Positions 18,061-28,364 are shown, counted from the stretch's first letter. The stretch: 64,000 bases of DNA from an uncultured virus (IMG/VR IMGVR_UViG_3300017913_002196) (IMGVR_UViG_3300017913_002196), one strand, 5' to 3'. Made by a program: numbers and translations. Notes: a model not told the origin generated them from the letters alone.

Positions 18061-20553
18061 TCAAGCAAAGAAGTCTTCTAGAGTGTTTTGCTTCTCAGGA
18101 GTCCAACCAATAGGAGAAAGAATGATATCCATAGGTTCAATAATTGCTTTCGAGAATTGTTTTTCGTAATCAATATAGCTAGTAAAACTAAACTCTTTAG
18201 GTACTGTATGATTGAACGATAATACATTAGTACCTATGTTATTAGGTTCTCTAAGATAGATAAACTTACCTTTTTCACCATCTTTCATAGTTTCCCAGTC
18301 TTTTTCTAGATCATACTTCTTAAGCAATCTATTAAACTGTATAGCACCTCTAATATGAGGAGGAGTACCTTTCTGGAAACCATTCGCAATAGTCATCTTA
18401 GAAATATTATTCATAGTTCTAGGAAAAGCAATATCTTCAAACTGCATATTAATAAACTTATCCTTAAAGTTAGCAATATATTCTTGTACTGTTTTCTCAT
18501 CTTCTAATAGAGTAAGTCTAATCATAGTAAGTAGGGCTTCTCTGCAAGACTGAGGGGTAGAAGATCGAATAGCATCTAAACCTTGAATCTTAAGTTTAGG
18601 TTTATCTGGTGGCATTCTCACACCTTCCATATCCCAAACACACATAGCATATCTCTTCTTAGCAGTCCAGAAGGCAGAAGAAGCAATAGCTTCTCTTTCC
18701 ATGACCATTTTTTGAGAGTATGCATTAGTATAGTTCTTAGTATCTTCCCAACCTTCTTCTAATACCTTTTGTACTTGCTCTTTAGCAATCTTATCTAAGA
18801 TATCTACTATTTCTTCTTTAGACTTATTAGAGAAAAATTTATTCACTAGAGGTTGACAGTTAAGATAGTTAGAGTCAGTATCGATAGCAATAATATAATC
18901 TATATCTTCGGTCTGTAAGACTTTATTCATCCATTTGTTAATCTCTCGTTCAGCTACTTGAATAACAAACTGACCTGATAAAGTAATAGACTTACCGATA
19001 CGCTGATCATACCATCTAAAATACTTGTTAACGAATGCGCCATAACCTGAGTTAAGTAGAATCTTTAGCACATATTGACGTAGATTTTCTAATGAATCAT
19101 CTTTACCTTCACGTTGCTTTTGCAACATTTTCTGTTTAATACCTCTACGCTCATCATAAAGCCTACGCATTAGACGTGGTATTACCCCTTCTATCTCATT
19201 GGAGAACACGTATCCTGAACCACATACTGAATGTCCTACAGGTGCTTTGAAAGACTCTTTAGCAAGGAATTTTTGCACTCTTTCCATATCACCTTCCATA
19301 GGCCATACTTGCATTTCAGGTCTAAAAGTTTCTGGAGAGATATTAAATTGCATAATAAGGTGCGGATACAGAGAGTTTAAATCAAAGGACATACACCATC
19401 CATGTTTACCTACTTGAGGTTCTTTAACATGACCACCTGGAATATTACCTGATGACTCAGCAGTAGTAATATGGAAATGAGGTATAACTCTATCCTTTTG
19501 TAGCTCTTTGTTAATTAAGCTATCCCAAGTTCTAACAGTAGAGTTAACCTCACCATAGTTAATACAAGCCATATACGCAATCATAATCTGCGCATCAATA
19601 AGACCTAACTTCTCGTCGAGTCGTTTAACTAGGTTAACGTCCTGAATATTGTAGTCAATAAACTTCTGAAAGTTTTCTACATAAAGCATATGCAAACCTG
19701 ACACTTCAGAATAGTCAAGTTTACGTTCACCTAGTTCTACAGATGCGATAAAATCTAGTCTATATGACTCTTGAATCTTTGTCTTACGATAACGTTCGAT
19801 ATAGTCAATCTGATCTACACCGTCAATATTAACAGCTATCTCCTCTCCTCTAGCAGTCTGAATAGTTCTTAAACTTGCCCTATTCCAAGGAGATAATCTA
19901 TGACCACCAATACCTAAGTTCTCTAATCTATTATAGAGATAAGGAAAGTCAAACTTCTCAATATTCCAACCAGTAACAATATTAGGTGTAAACTGATTCC
20001 AATACTTAAGAAACCTTGACAGTAGCTCAGTCTCTGTTGCACACTCTACATAAACTACTCTTGAACGAATATCTTCTGGCAGTTCTGAGTTTTCTTCTAA
20101 CCACTTACCATGACCAAAAGTAACAAACTTATCTACTTTAGAATCGTGAATACATATAGCAGTTACAGGGTATGCAGCATCTTTAGCTTCAGGAAAGCCT
20201 TCATTAGAAAAAACCTCGATATCGATATTGAATACTCTAAGGTCTTTCTTATTCCAATTGTCCACCGCATTACCAAAGTTCTCTAACGAATACTGAGATT
20301 CAAATCTAGGAAAACCATAGATTTTTAGATTAGAGTCTTTATGCTCCTGAGCAAATTCGAAAGCACTATTCATGTTATCGAATTCAATAGGTTTAAGGTT
20401 AGCACCATAAAGTGACTTATACCCATAATCTTTCGTATGTTCTACATACAGAGTAGGTTCGTAACGTACTTTGTCACGAACCTCTTCTCCGTTACGAACA
20501 CCTCTAATTAAGAGTTTATCACCACGTCGAACAATATTAGTATAGTAATCCAT
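18061..20553 (-). CDS. 43: DNA polymerase family B (gp43)
   Basis: DIEV exonuclease motif, SFDLNSLYPH, KILLNSGYG, IDTDS, KKRYA. Confidence 0.98.
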   Translation of the reverse strand: MDYYTNIVRRGDKLLIRGVRNGEEVRDKVRYEPTLYVEHTKDYGYKSLYGANLKPIEFDNMNSAFEFAQEHKDSNLKIYGFPRFESQYSLENFGNAVDNWNKKDLRVFNIDIEVFSNEGFPEAKDAAYPVTAICIHDSKVDKFVTFGHGKWLEENSELPEDIRSRVVYVECATETELLSRFLKYWNQFTPNIVTGWNIEKFDFPYLYNRLENLGIGGHRLSPWNRASLRTIQTARGEEIAVNIDGVDQIDYIERYRKTKIQESYRLDFIASVELGERKLDYSEVSGLHMLYVENFQKFIDYNIQDVNLVKRLDEKLGLIDAQIMIAYMACINYGEVNSTVRTWDSLINKELQKDRVIPHFHITTAESSGNIPGGHVKEPQVGKHGWCMSFDLNSLYPHLIMQFNISPETFRPEMQVWPMEGDMERVQKFLAKESFKAPVGHSVCGSGYVFSNEIEGVIPRLMRRLYDERRGIKQKMLQKQREGKDDSLENLRQYVLKILLNSGYGAFVNKYFRWYDQRIGKSITLSGQFVIQVAEREINKWMNKVLQTEDIDYIIAIDTDSNYLNCQPLVNKFFSNKSKEEIVDILDKIAKEQVQKVLEEGWEDTKNYTNAYSQKMVMEREAIASSAFWTAKKRYAMCVWDMEGVRMPPDKPKLKIQGLDAIRSSTPQSCREALLTMIRLTLLEDEKTVQEYIANFKDKFINMQFEDIAFPRTMNNISKMTIANGFQKGTPPHIRGAIQFNRLLKKYDLEKDWETMKDGEKGKFIYLREPNNIGTNVLSFNHTVPKEFSFTSYIDYEKQFSKAIIEPMDIILSPIGWTPEKQNTLEDFFA

Positions 20554-20574
20554 ACCTATATTATAGTACCTGTA

Positions 20575-20970
20575 CTAAGACTTTTTGCCTATTGTATAAT
20601 TTTGTTTGAGGGTATATTCGTTTTTCTTTGAGAATGGGACGATCTTAATTCTATTCAATGAGCTTGGTTCTGCTCTATCTTTTTCTAAGATATCACACAA
20701 ACCCCATTCTTCTAAAAGTTTAGCAATAGCATTTCTTCTTGAGACATCTTCTTCTGTAATATCTGTTTTATCCACACCATCAAGTTTAAACAACTCTTTA
20801 AAGTGACAAACATAATACTTCCCCCTCTTATGAAAGAGATGGCAAGTTTGTACTAGTTTTTTATCTCTAGTAGAAATACCAATTCTGGTTAAGGTTTCAA
20901 CGATTTTGAGGAAGTCTTCTTTTTCTCGCAACCGCACTTCTAATAAAGTATCTATCATATTATCTTCCAT
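20575..20970 (-). CDS. regA: Translational repressor RegA
   Basis: DFLKIVETLTRIGI..QTCHLFHKRGKYYVCHFKELF.LDG. Confidence 0.96.
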   Translation of the reverse strand: MEDNMIDTLLEVRLREKEDFLKIVETLTRIGISTRDKKLVQTCHLFHKRGKYYVCHFKELFKLDGVDKTDITEEDVSRRNAIAKLLEEWGLCDILEKDRAEPSSLNRIKIVPFSKKNEYTLKQNYTIGKKS

Positions 20971-21003
20971 AAATTAGAAGATCCGCATATGATATTTATA
21001 AAA

Positions 21004-21441
21004 CTATTTTCCGCCTTTTCTATTGTTATACCACTCTTTAATTTGTTTCATTTGAGGTTCTAACAATATCTTTTCATACTGTTTAGCTACTTTGTATGAT
21101 ACGTTGAAGTATTCCATAATCATTTCAGTCTCTTCAGTTTTCATACCTTTAGCCCATTTAGCGAAATAGTTCTTCTTAGGAAGAGCGTAAAAGTAAAAGT
21201 CAAATTGTGCTTTATCTTCTAGTTCATGATACTTATTTAACTCATTAGCATATAACACTGTATCAGCTCTTTGACTAAATCCTAAATTAGTAAGAAAAGG
21301 ACTATACCCTGAGAATGTTTCAGGGTAAGTTTTTTTAGAAATATAATTCATATATACGAAAGGAGACTCTTTATCCTCTTTAGGTACATAAGTCTCTTCT
21401 TCTTCAATAATATTACCAAATAAGTCTATTTTGAGGTCCAT
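21004..21441 (-). CDS. 62: Clamp loader small subunit (gp62)
   Basis: YSPFLTN..DTVLYANELN..QFDF..KWAK; located between gp44 and regA. Confidence 0.88.
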   Translation of the reverse strand: MDLKIDLFGNIIEEEETYVPKEDKESPFVYMNYISKKTYPETFSGYSPFLTNLGFSQRADTVLYANELNKYHELEDKAQFDFYFYALPKKNYFAKWAKGMKTEETEMIMEYFNVSYKVAKQYEKILLEPQMKQIKEWYNNRKGGK

Positions 21442-21632
21442 AGTCTATCCAATACAAAATACCATAAACCGTTAAGTAAGGGCTCTATTACAGAAGCTTG
21501 AATAGCAATATGTAAAGGAGCACCAGTAACGATGCTAATAACACAAGCAGCAATAATAAAGTGACCCAATGTGAAAACAATAGCTCTAGCAAGTGAACCT
21601 CTTACAGCTTTATACGAATGGATTATTTCCAT
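21426..21632 (-). CDS. Small membrane protein (DUF2061-like)
   Basis: SLARAIVFTLGHFII..IEPLLN..WYF.LDRLW. Confidence 0.7.
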   Translation of the reverse strand: MEIIHSYKAVRGSLARAIVFTLGHFIIAACVISIVTGAPLHIAIQASVIEPLLNGLWYFVLDRLWTSK

Positions 21633-22558
21633 TTTACACTCTTCATAACTTCTACTACAAAAGCAGCCATATTAATCTCTGCTGATGCAACAAACGCAGC
21701 TCTATGCTGATACTCACCCATGATAAGTATAAGGTTAGGTATAGATTCTGCTTCTACTAAATCAGATATATTCTGATATAATTCATTAAACAATACTGAT
21801 GAGTCTGGATTATCTGCAATCCATTGACGACAAGATTTAAAGTCTTTAGCCTTAAGAAAGTTTACAAGACTTTTAACTTTAGAACTATCTACTACGGATA
21901 GAATACCAGTATCAATGCTACCAGAAATATTAGCATAACGTTGTAATTCATTTAACACTCTTCTATTATCTGGATAATGACGTTTAATAACTTCAATAAC
22001 TACTTCTTTATTATACTCTACGTTTTCTTGCTCTAATATAGAGAATGTGCGTTTAGCAAACTCTACCATAAGCTTAGGCTGTTCAGCTCTATCGATAGTA
22101 AAGTCTACTACAGAACATCTTGAGTGTAGAGGTTCAATAATTTTATGCTTGAAGTTACAAGTAAGAATGAAACGGCAAGATGAAGAGAAGGACTCAATCA
22201 AGTTGCGGAGAGCAGCTTGTGCTTCGGGTGTGATATAATCCGCTTCATCGAGAATCACTACCTTCACCTTGCCGTTTGTAGACATGGTAGAAGCAAACGA
22301 ACCAACTTGCTGTCTTACCATGTCTATACCGCGCGTTTCAGAACCGTTGATAATGATATAATCACAACCTAGTTCATTACATAAAGCTCTAGCAGCTGAG
22401 GTCTTACCAGTACCTGCCCCACCAGAGAGCAATAGGTTAATGATCTCACCTTTCTCCTTTAACGCAGTAAATACTTTCTTAATACTATCTGGGAGTATAC
22501 ATTGTTCAATAGTATTAGGACGATACTTTTCTACATATAGGAAATCGTTACTCATCAC
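21623..22558 (-). CDS. 44: Clamp loader ATPase subunit (gp44)
   Basis: EKYRP, GGAGTGKT, ILDEAD, LHSRC. Confidence 0.97.
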   Translation of the reverse strand: MMSNDFLYVEKYRPNTIEQCILPDSIKKVFTALKEKGEIINLLLSGGAGTGKTSAARALCNELGCDYIIINGSETRGIDMVRQQVGSFASTMSTNGKVKVVILDEADYITPEAQAALRNLIESFSSSCRFILTCNFKHKIIEPLHSRCSVVDFTIDRAEQPKLMVEFAKRTFSILEQENVEYNKEVVIEVIKRHYPDNRRVLNELQRYANISGSIDTGILSVVDSSKVKSLVNFLKAKDFKSCRQWIADNPDSSVLFNELYQNISDLVEAESIPNLILIMGEYQHRAAFVASAEINMAAFVVEVMKSVKWK

Positions 22559-22583
22559 AACCTTCTTCGCGCGTTTATTTTTA

Positions 22584-22775
22584 TTATAATAGTTTGCCGT
22601 GTTTTTTAAGCCACCAAATAGACTTTCCTGTCTTTTCTTTAGCTTGTTTTAATGTCTCAAAGACTTGACCTTCTACTTCAATAGCCACTGCATTAGAAGT
22701 AGCAACTCCTGATTTATTCATTGCTGGAAGGTCTTTGAATGTCTTTTTCCACTTGGTGTCGAAATCTTTTTTCAT
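22584..22775 (-). CDS. Small hypothetical protein (possible NUMOD1-like DNA-binding motif)
   Basis: IEVEGQVFETLKQA motif; start uncertain. Confidence 0.5.
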   Translation of the reverse strand: MKKDFDTKWKKTFKDLPAMNKSGVATSNAVAIEVEGQVFETLKQAKEKTGKSIWWLKKHGKLL

Positions 22776-22878
22776 CTTCTTTTTTCTGTTTAATAAACTT
22801 TACTCTTTTAATAAATTTTACTAATCTTCTTCTTTTTCTAGCAAATATACTTTTAAGATTTCTCTTTGCTCTTTTCAT
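22714..22878 (-). CDS. 54-aa very basic hypothetical protein
   Basis: MKRAKRNLKSIFARKRRRLVKFIKRVKFIKQKKEDEKRFRHQVEKDIQRPSSNE fills the gap and overlaps both neighbours. Confidence 0.4.
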   Translation of the reverse strand: MKRAKRNLKSIFARKRRRLVKFIKRVKFIKQKKEDEKRFRHQVEKDIQRPSSNE

Positions 22879-23131
22879 CTAAAATTCCCCGAACTCTTAA
22901 CAACTCTACTATTTGAACCGGAACGAATAGATGTAGTTTATAATTACCTACCATCTCATCTTTTTTAATTTCGTCTTTTAAGATCTGCAAGTTTTCAATA
23001 GCCTCTTGCACACTCATAACTAAAAGTTTTTTATGAATATCTTTACCAGATTCTAAATACTTTTCAGCAGCAAAATGTGCATCGTAAATAGAACCTTCTA
23101 AAGTTTCTCTATCTTTTTTACTAAGAGACAT
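22853..23131 (-). CDS. Hypothetical protein
   Basis: Likely start MSLSKKDRE, overlapping the gp45 stop. Confidence 0.65.
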   Translation of the reverse strand: MSLSKKDRETLEGSIYDAHFAAEKYLESGKDIHKKLLVMSVQEAIENLQILKDEIKKDEMVGNYKLHLFVPVQIVELLRVRGILDEKSKEKS

Positions 23132-23786
23132 AACTAAACTTTCCGTCTGGAAGCAAAGCAATAAAGTATTCAATACCTTGCGAACCGTTAAAGTGTGATA
23201 AACCTTTTGAACATACTTCGATATTATAATCGTCTTGAATCATTTTTAACTTTTCTACTGAAATAGATAGGTTATAATCTGCTTCCTGATCTGTAGAACA
23301 AACATTCTCAAACACAAAGTTATTAGAGTTAGGAACACCTTTATCATGTAGTAAGATGTCACCGTTAGCAAAGGTAAGCGTAGAAGCGTTATTAGCAGAA
23401 GCTGCTCTAATAGCCACACCCCACTGCTCTTTCTTCATATCAGCTTTGACCTCTACTGACGGTAACGTTACACCCTTCTCTGGAGGAGAAGTGATGATAG
23501 AAGGATCGGCGTAGTAATACTTTTGCTTCATTTTACCTTGGGAGATAATAACATGACCATCCTGAAAATCAAAGTCAGGATCTTCGAACAGGCTTACTAC
23601 GCCGAGAAACTCATTAAGATCGTAGATAGCAAAAGAAGTCTCAAACGTCTCATCAACATCTACTTTAGCAAAGATATCTTTAACATTAGATATAGTTTCA
23701 ATTTTATTACCTGGCTTGACTACAATCGATTGATTAATAGAAGCAAAGTTCTTTAGAATAGCTAAAGTCCTTTTAGACAGTTTCAT
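23121..23786 (-). CDS. 45: Sliding clamp (gp45)
   Basis: MKLSKRTLAILKNFASINQSI..FAIYDLNEFL..YYADPS. Confidence 0.96.
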   Translation of the reverse strand: MKLSKRTLAILKNFASINQSIVVKPGNKIETISNVKDIFAKVDVDETFETSFAIYDLNEFLGVVSLFEDPDFDFQDGHVIISQGKMKQKYYYADPSIITSPPEKGVTLPSVEVKADMKKEQWGVAIRAASANNASTLTFANGDILLHDKGVPNSNNFVFENVCSTDQEADYNLSISVEKLKMIQDDYNIEVCSKGLSHFNGSQGIEYFIALLPDGKFSYVS

Positions 23787-24304
23787 GTTTTTTTCCTTCT
23801 ACGTTTCTTAGGTTTCTGTTCTTCTATTATAGTATCTACAATAGTATCTTTTCTAACCCCATCCTTATTATATGCATGAGCAACAATCTTAAAGTTAGTT
23901 TTCATTTGTTGATGTTCACCCCAGTAACTAGATATCCAATCACCGTGATTAAGATACCAATTAATATCAGTTGCATATCCTTGCCACCAATGATATCTAT
24001 CTGAAGCATGAGCTAACTCTTTATTAGATTTACCTCTCATATCTCTTTTATAGATACTAGCTTGTTCTTTTGCATGTTTTTGCCATGCTAAGATTTGATC
24101 GAGAGGTTTAAATCTTTTCTTTTCATCATAAACATCTGGATGCCATCTTTTAGTTTTTGCAGGTTTTTTTGCAGCTCTAGCTTTTGCTAACCTTTCAGAT
24201 GCAGCAGCTTTCTGCTCTGCAGTCATAGGTTTACGCTTGCGCTTAGGTTTATAGGTCTTACGCTCAGGGGTAAGAGACTCGATAATTTGTTTCTTGGATA
24301 CCAT
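23783..24304 (-). CDS. Conserved hypothetical basic protein
   Basis: KPMTAEQKAAASERLAKARAAK..YL..GDW motif; GGAGG RBS. Confidence 0.75.
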   Translation of the reverse strand: MVSKKQIIESLTPERKTYKPKRKRKPMTAEQKAAASERLAKARAAKKPAKTKRWHPDVYDEKKRFKPLDQILAWQKHAKEQASIYKRDMRGKSNKELAHASDRYHWWQGYATDINWYLNHGDWISSYWGEHQQMKTNFKIVAHAYNKDGVRKDTIVDTIIEEQKPKKRRRKKT

Positions 24305-24344
24305 TCACACCTCCTATTATATTATAAGAGGTGTTACAGAAAAG

Positions 24345-24515
24345 TTATTCTTTAGTTTTGTGAAACTCTATAAGCCATTTGATATCAGTTTTTAATTCTT
24401 TGATATCTGCTTCAAGATGTGCTAGGTGGTTTGATTCGATGGTCCATACGCGCCAAGCAATAAAGCCAACGACCGTAATAAGAGTAGTGATAAAGATAGA
24501 CTCGTAGAATTCCAT
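24345..24515 (-). CDS. 56-aa single-TM coiled-coil protein (holin/XhlA-like candidate)
   Basis: MEFYESIFITTLITVVGFIAWRVWTIESNHLAHLEADIKELKTDIKWLIEFHKTKE; GGAG RBS; not in the ORF track. Confidence 0.65.
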   Translation of the reverse strand: MEFYESIFITTLITVVGFIAWRVWTIESNHLAHLEADIKELKTDIKWLIEFHKTKE

Positions 24516-24597
24516 AGTTGCTCCGTTAGTTCTTAAAAAATATTTTTAATAATAAAAGCTATTTTACACTGCAGGAGCAACCTGGATAATCTATTTA

Positions 24598-24939
24598 TTA
24601 TTCCTTGTCTTCGTTATCGTTATTAACTACCGTAAGATCAGGTTTTTTTCTATAGTCTTTTAAGTCTGCAATATCAGCTTTTAATTGATCAAAGTTAAAA
24701 ACAATATCCATACTTTCCTTAATATTATCTTCACTTGAGATTTCTTTACCGTCAGACTTTGTTGCGATTAAAGAGTCAACATAATCAAAGCCACAAGCTC
24801 TTAAAAATGTAACCATCTCTTCTAACACATCAGGTAAAGATAACTCTTCAAACTCATAAGTAAGAGTATTTTTTACCTCATCATCTTCAATAGTATTCTT
24901 AATTAGCGTATAACTTTCAGTATATGAAAAATCACTCAT
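24598..24939 (-). CDS. Hypothetical protein
   Basis: EF..L..VLE.M..FLRACGF motif. Confidence 0.75.
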   Translation of the reverse strand: MSDFSYTESYTLIKNTIEDDEVKNTLTYEFEELSLPDVLEEMVTFLRACGFDYVDSLIATKSDGKEISSEDNIKESMDIVFNFDQLKADIADLKDYRKKPDLTVVNNDNEDKE

Positions 24940-25975
24940 GAGTATTTCCTTCGTAGATTCTATTATGTGTATTGTTTACTCTCACAAACGTAGTACATTT
25001 AGGGAGTTCTCTTAATTCTCTTGCACCTACATAAGTACAAGAACTTCTTAAACCACCTAGCATATCTTGAACTGTATTTTCAATAGGTCCTCTATATTTT
25101 AACTTTACAGTTCTTCCTTCTGATGATCTATAATCAGCTACACCGCCAGAATATTTTTCCATTGCTGTATCAGATGACATACCATAGAAAACTTTATACA
25201 TATTACCATCTTCTACGATAGTTTCACCACCCGATTCATCATGTCCTGCTAGCATACCGCCAAGCATAACAAAATCAGCTCCAGCACCAAAAGCTTTTGA
25301 CACATCTCCAGGAGTAGTACAACCACCGTCAGCAATAATCCTTCCACCTATACCATGAGCAGCATCAGCACATTCTATGATAGCAGATAGTTGAGGATAA
25401 CCTACCCCGGTTTGTAATCTTGTAGTACAAACAGAACCTGGACCAATACCCACTTTAACAATATCAGCGCCTGCAAGAATTAGCTGTTCTGTAATATCAC
25501 CAGTAACAACATTACCAGCTACAAGTCTAACTGTAGGGTTATCTTTCTTAAACCCGCTAATGAAGTTAATGAATCGTTCAGTATAACCGTTAGCTACATC
25601 TATACAAACCCATTGAATATTACCTGCTGGTAATTTAGATTTTAACTGCATCCATTTTTTAATATCTAGATCAGTAATGCCCATTGTATAACCAATGTAC
25701 TCTTGAGGTTCAAAGAATACATCATACAACTCATCAACTTCGTAATGCTTATGTAAAAATGTAAGCATCTTAAAATCTTTTAAGACTTTAGCAATCTCAA
25801 TAGTACCAGTGGTATCCATATTAGATGCAATAATAGGAATACCTGACCAAGTATTAAGTTCGTTAATCTCAAAGGTTCGCTCTAGATTTACTTCAGATCT
25901 AGAGCTAAGTTCACTTCGTTTAGGACGAATAAGTACGTCACTAAAGTCTAGTTTAATATCATTTTCTATACGCAT
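24932..25975 (-). CDS. guaC: GMP reductase
   Basis: [45 protein letters not shown]. Confidence 0.96.
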   Translation of the reverse strand: MRIENDIKLDFSDVLIRPKRSELSSRSEVNLERTFEINELNTWSGIPIIASNMDTTGTIEIAKVLKDFKMLTFLHKHYEVDELYDVFFEPQEYIGYTMGITDLDIKKWMQLKSKLPAGNIQWVCIDVANGYTERFINFISGFKKDNPTVRLVAGNVVTGDITEQLILAGADIVKVGIGPGSVCTTRLQTGVGYPQLSAIIECADAAHGIGGRIIADGGCTTPGDVSKAFGAGADFVMLGGMLAGHDESGGETIVEDGNMYKVFYGMSSDTAMEKYSGGVADYRSSEGRTVKLKYRGPIENTVQDMLGGLRSSCTYVGARELRELPKCTTFVRVNNTHNRIYEGNTHE

Positions 25976-26609
25976 TAGTTAATGCCTTCCAACTATACGG
26001 AGCAATAGGCTCAATTTCTTTCTGTAACATTATAGCAAGATCTTGAATTTCTTTCTGCGCGTCTTCTTGAATTCTAAGAGAACAAATTCTGGCAGCAGCA
26101 GCTAAACTACCAGTTTCTACCCATTCGGTATACATACCTTGAGGTAAAACTGCTCTGGCTTGTTCAGGAGCTACTCCTTTTTCAATCATAGCTTTATATG
26201 AATCTGTAGAGTGTCTTACAGCATCACTATATAAAAATGAAACAGTATCTAATTCTGATTCAGAGAAGAAACTAGTATCTGAAGAACCTTGTTTTTTATT
26301 TTCAGGTCTTTTACGCCAAAGTCTAGTATTATAAATTTCAGGATCAAAATCTACATATCTTCTAGATACTTCATTTCTTGTAATACCTATTTGATGTTTA
26401 AACCATTGACGCGCTACAAAAATAGGAGCGCTAATTCTAACTTGATATTGAACTTGACTAAAAGGTGTCCAGTGATCGTGATCAGCTAGATACTTAATTA
26501 GTCTTTCATCTTTTTCTTCAAAAATAATTTGTTCTTTTGCAAACGAAACCCTTGCTGCGTTTACTACATTTACATCTGTACCTAAACTATCAAGTAAGGT
26601 TACTTTCAT
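25959..26609 (-). CDS. thyX: FAD-dependent thymidylate synthase
   Basis: [40 protein letters not shown]. Confidence 0.96.
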   Translation of the reverse strand: MKVTLLDSLGTDVNVVNAARVSFAKEQIIFEEKDERLIKYLADHDHWTPFSQVQYQVRISAPIFVARQWFKHQIGITRNEVSRRYVDFDPEIYNTRLWRKRPENKKQGSSDTSFFSESELDTVSFLYSDAVRHSTDSYKAMIEKGVAPEQARAVLPQGMYTEWVETGSLAAAARICSLRIQEDAQKEIQDLAIMLQKEIEPIAPYSWKALTNAYRK

Positions 26610-26611
26610 AT

Positions 26612-27184
26612 TTACCTCTTAGTTACAATTTCATCTACGAGACCGTATTCTAATGCTTGTTGAGCAGTCATATACTTATCTCGTTCCATATCTTCAACTA
26701 ACTTTTCAATGGGTTGTTTAGTATGGTTATGATAAATGTTAGTCAATACTTCTTTCCATCGAACTAATTCATTAGCATGAATAACAACATCAGTAGCTTG
26801 ACCTGATGCACCACCTAAAGGTTGATGAATCATATGACGAGAGTTGGTAGTGATAGATCTATGAGCACCAGAACAGGCGAGCAACGAAGCCATCGATGCT
26901 GCTTGACCTATCACTACCGTATGGATTGGAGAAGTAATATACTGCATCGTATCGTAAATAGCCATCCCATGAGTAACTGAACCACCTGGACTATTGACAT
27001 ACATAATAATAGGAGCCTTATCATTTTGCGACTCTAACAATAATAGTTGAGCTACAAGATGATTAGACATATCTTCGCCAACAACGCCAGTCAAGAATAC
27101 AATTCTATCCTTGAGCATACGAGTGTATACATCATATGCTTTTTCACCATCACGGGTTGATTCTATATAAGCTGGAAACGGCAT
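26612..27184 (-). CDS. clpP: ATP-dependent Clp protease proteolytic subunit
   Basis: YVNSPGGSV, GQAASMAS, MIHQPLGG, MERDKYM..EYGLVD. Confidence 0.97.
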   Translation of the reverse strand: MPFPAYIESTRDGEKAYDVYTRMLKDRIVFLTGVVGEDMSNHLVAQLLLLESQNDKAPIIMYVNSPGGSVTHGMAIYDTMQYITSPIHTVVIGQAASMASLLACSGAHRSITTNSRHMIHQPLGGASGQATDVVIHANELVRWKEVLTNIYHNHTKQPIEKLVEDMERDKYMTAQQALEYGLVDEIVTKR

Positions 27185-27215
27185 CTTTTCTCCTTCTAAT
27201 CCATAATAGTATTAT

Positions 27216-27246
27216 AAAAAAAGAAGCAGAGAGTTTCTCTGCTTCT
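27216..27246 (-). terminator. Intrinsic terminator after the porin gene
   Basis: AGAAGCAGAGA/TCTCTGCTTCT stem followed by a U-run on the minus strand. Confidence 0.8.
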
Positions 27247-27269
27247 CTTTATCGTTGATAAAAAATATC

Positions 27270-28211
27270 TTAGAAAGATACTTTTAGACCAAAGTTATAT
27301 GACTGACCATCTTCCTCTGTAACAGCAGAAGATTGTTTCTCTTCATAGTCTGTCATAGTTGCGTGTACAACTAAACCAGGAGCAACAGTTTTAGCAACTG
27401 TTACAGCAGTTTCGTTAAATTTATACGCGGAATCTTTATCATCTTTAGCTTCTGCCATATGAGTTGAGATATCTAAACCATTCATGCTAGTTTTAATACC
27501 AATACTGTTACCAGTATATGCATACGTCTCAGCGTCATCTTCTTTAGTATTTTGTGCTAATGTAATAGCTGCCATACCTGCATTAATTGTAAAGCCATAT
27601 GACTTAATATCAATACCTGTATCAGCAGTGCCATTATCATCTACCATTTCCATTGCATACTGTGCAGTAACTGGGCCAGCTGTATAACTTAAACCTAAAC
27701 CTGTTGTATCTGCTTTTGATGTAGTACCTGCATCAACAAAACCTACACCAAAATTTAAGCCTGCAATTGAGTTATGATAACCAATGCCGTTTTCTTCATT
27801 AGATGCACCGATTAGCTCACCGCCAGTATATTCAATTGTACCAGTACCATGGTAATCATCACCGGCTACTCTACCGTCAATTGAATATGTATCAGCTGCA
27901 CTGTTACCGCCCATTACAATTTTACCAAAATCACCAGCGATAAAAGCACTTACGCCATCAGCGTCATGTGTACCATCTTCCATATCTAAAAGAGTAGCAC
28001 CCATAGTCATACCATTATCTAAAGCAGTTTTTGCCTTAATTGTAATTGTATGGTCAACATCCATTTTTGTGTTGTTAGCCCCACCTGTATCAACTTCGGC
28101 ATCATCCCACATCTGATAATCAAAAGTACTTGAACCAGAAATAGTAATATCCGAAGCCATTGCAGGTGATGCTAATACTGCCAACACTGCAGCCGTCATC
28201 ATCTTTTTCAT
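27270..28211 (-). CDS. Outer-membrane porin (alphaproteobacterial type)
   Basis: Signal peptide MKKMMTAAVLAVLASPAMA, LDNGMT.G, GDFGKIVMG, VAPGL, terminal GLKVSF; AGGAG RBS. Confidence 0.88.
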   Translation of the reverse strand: MKKMMTAAVLAVLASPAMASDITISGSSTFDYQMWDDAEVDTGGANNTKMDVDHTITIKAKTALDNGMTMGATLLDMEDGTHDADGVSAFIAGDFGKIVMGGNSAADTYSIDGRVAGDDYHGTGTIEYTGGELIGASNEENGIGYHNSIAGLNFGVGFVDAGTTSKADTTGLGLSYTAGPVTAQYAMEMVDDNGTADTGIDIKSYGFTINAGMAAITLAQNTKEDDAETYAYTGNSIGIKTSMNGLDISTHMAEAKDDKDSAYKFNETAVTVAKTVAPGLVVHATMTDYEEKQSSAVTEEDGQSYNFGLKVSF

Positions 28212-28231
28212 TTTGAGCTCCTTTCGTACGA

Positions 28232-28364
28232 CAAAAAAGATGGAGAGCTTACCATGGCTCTCCACGTGTCTATTAAGCGACAAACCTTAAATGTAGCAGA
28301 GCCGGTGTATACTTTCCGGGTGCAATCCTCCAAGTTTTAGCATAGCTAGGCACAGAGGGTTAGC
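28232..28364 (-). ncRNA. Candidate structured RNA or leader upstream of the porin
   Basis: GC-richer intergenic stretch with several stems, ending in TGGAGAGC/GCTCTCCA + TCTTTTTT. Confidence 0.4.

Noticed and set aside
18061..20553. Introns or inteins in gp43 (also checked nrdA, nrdB, gp46, uvsW)
   Set aside because: The ORFs are continuous, of normal length, and show no splicing motifs.
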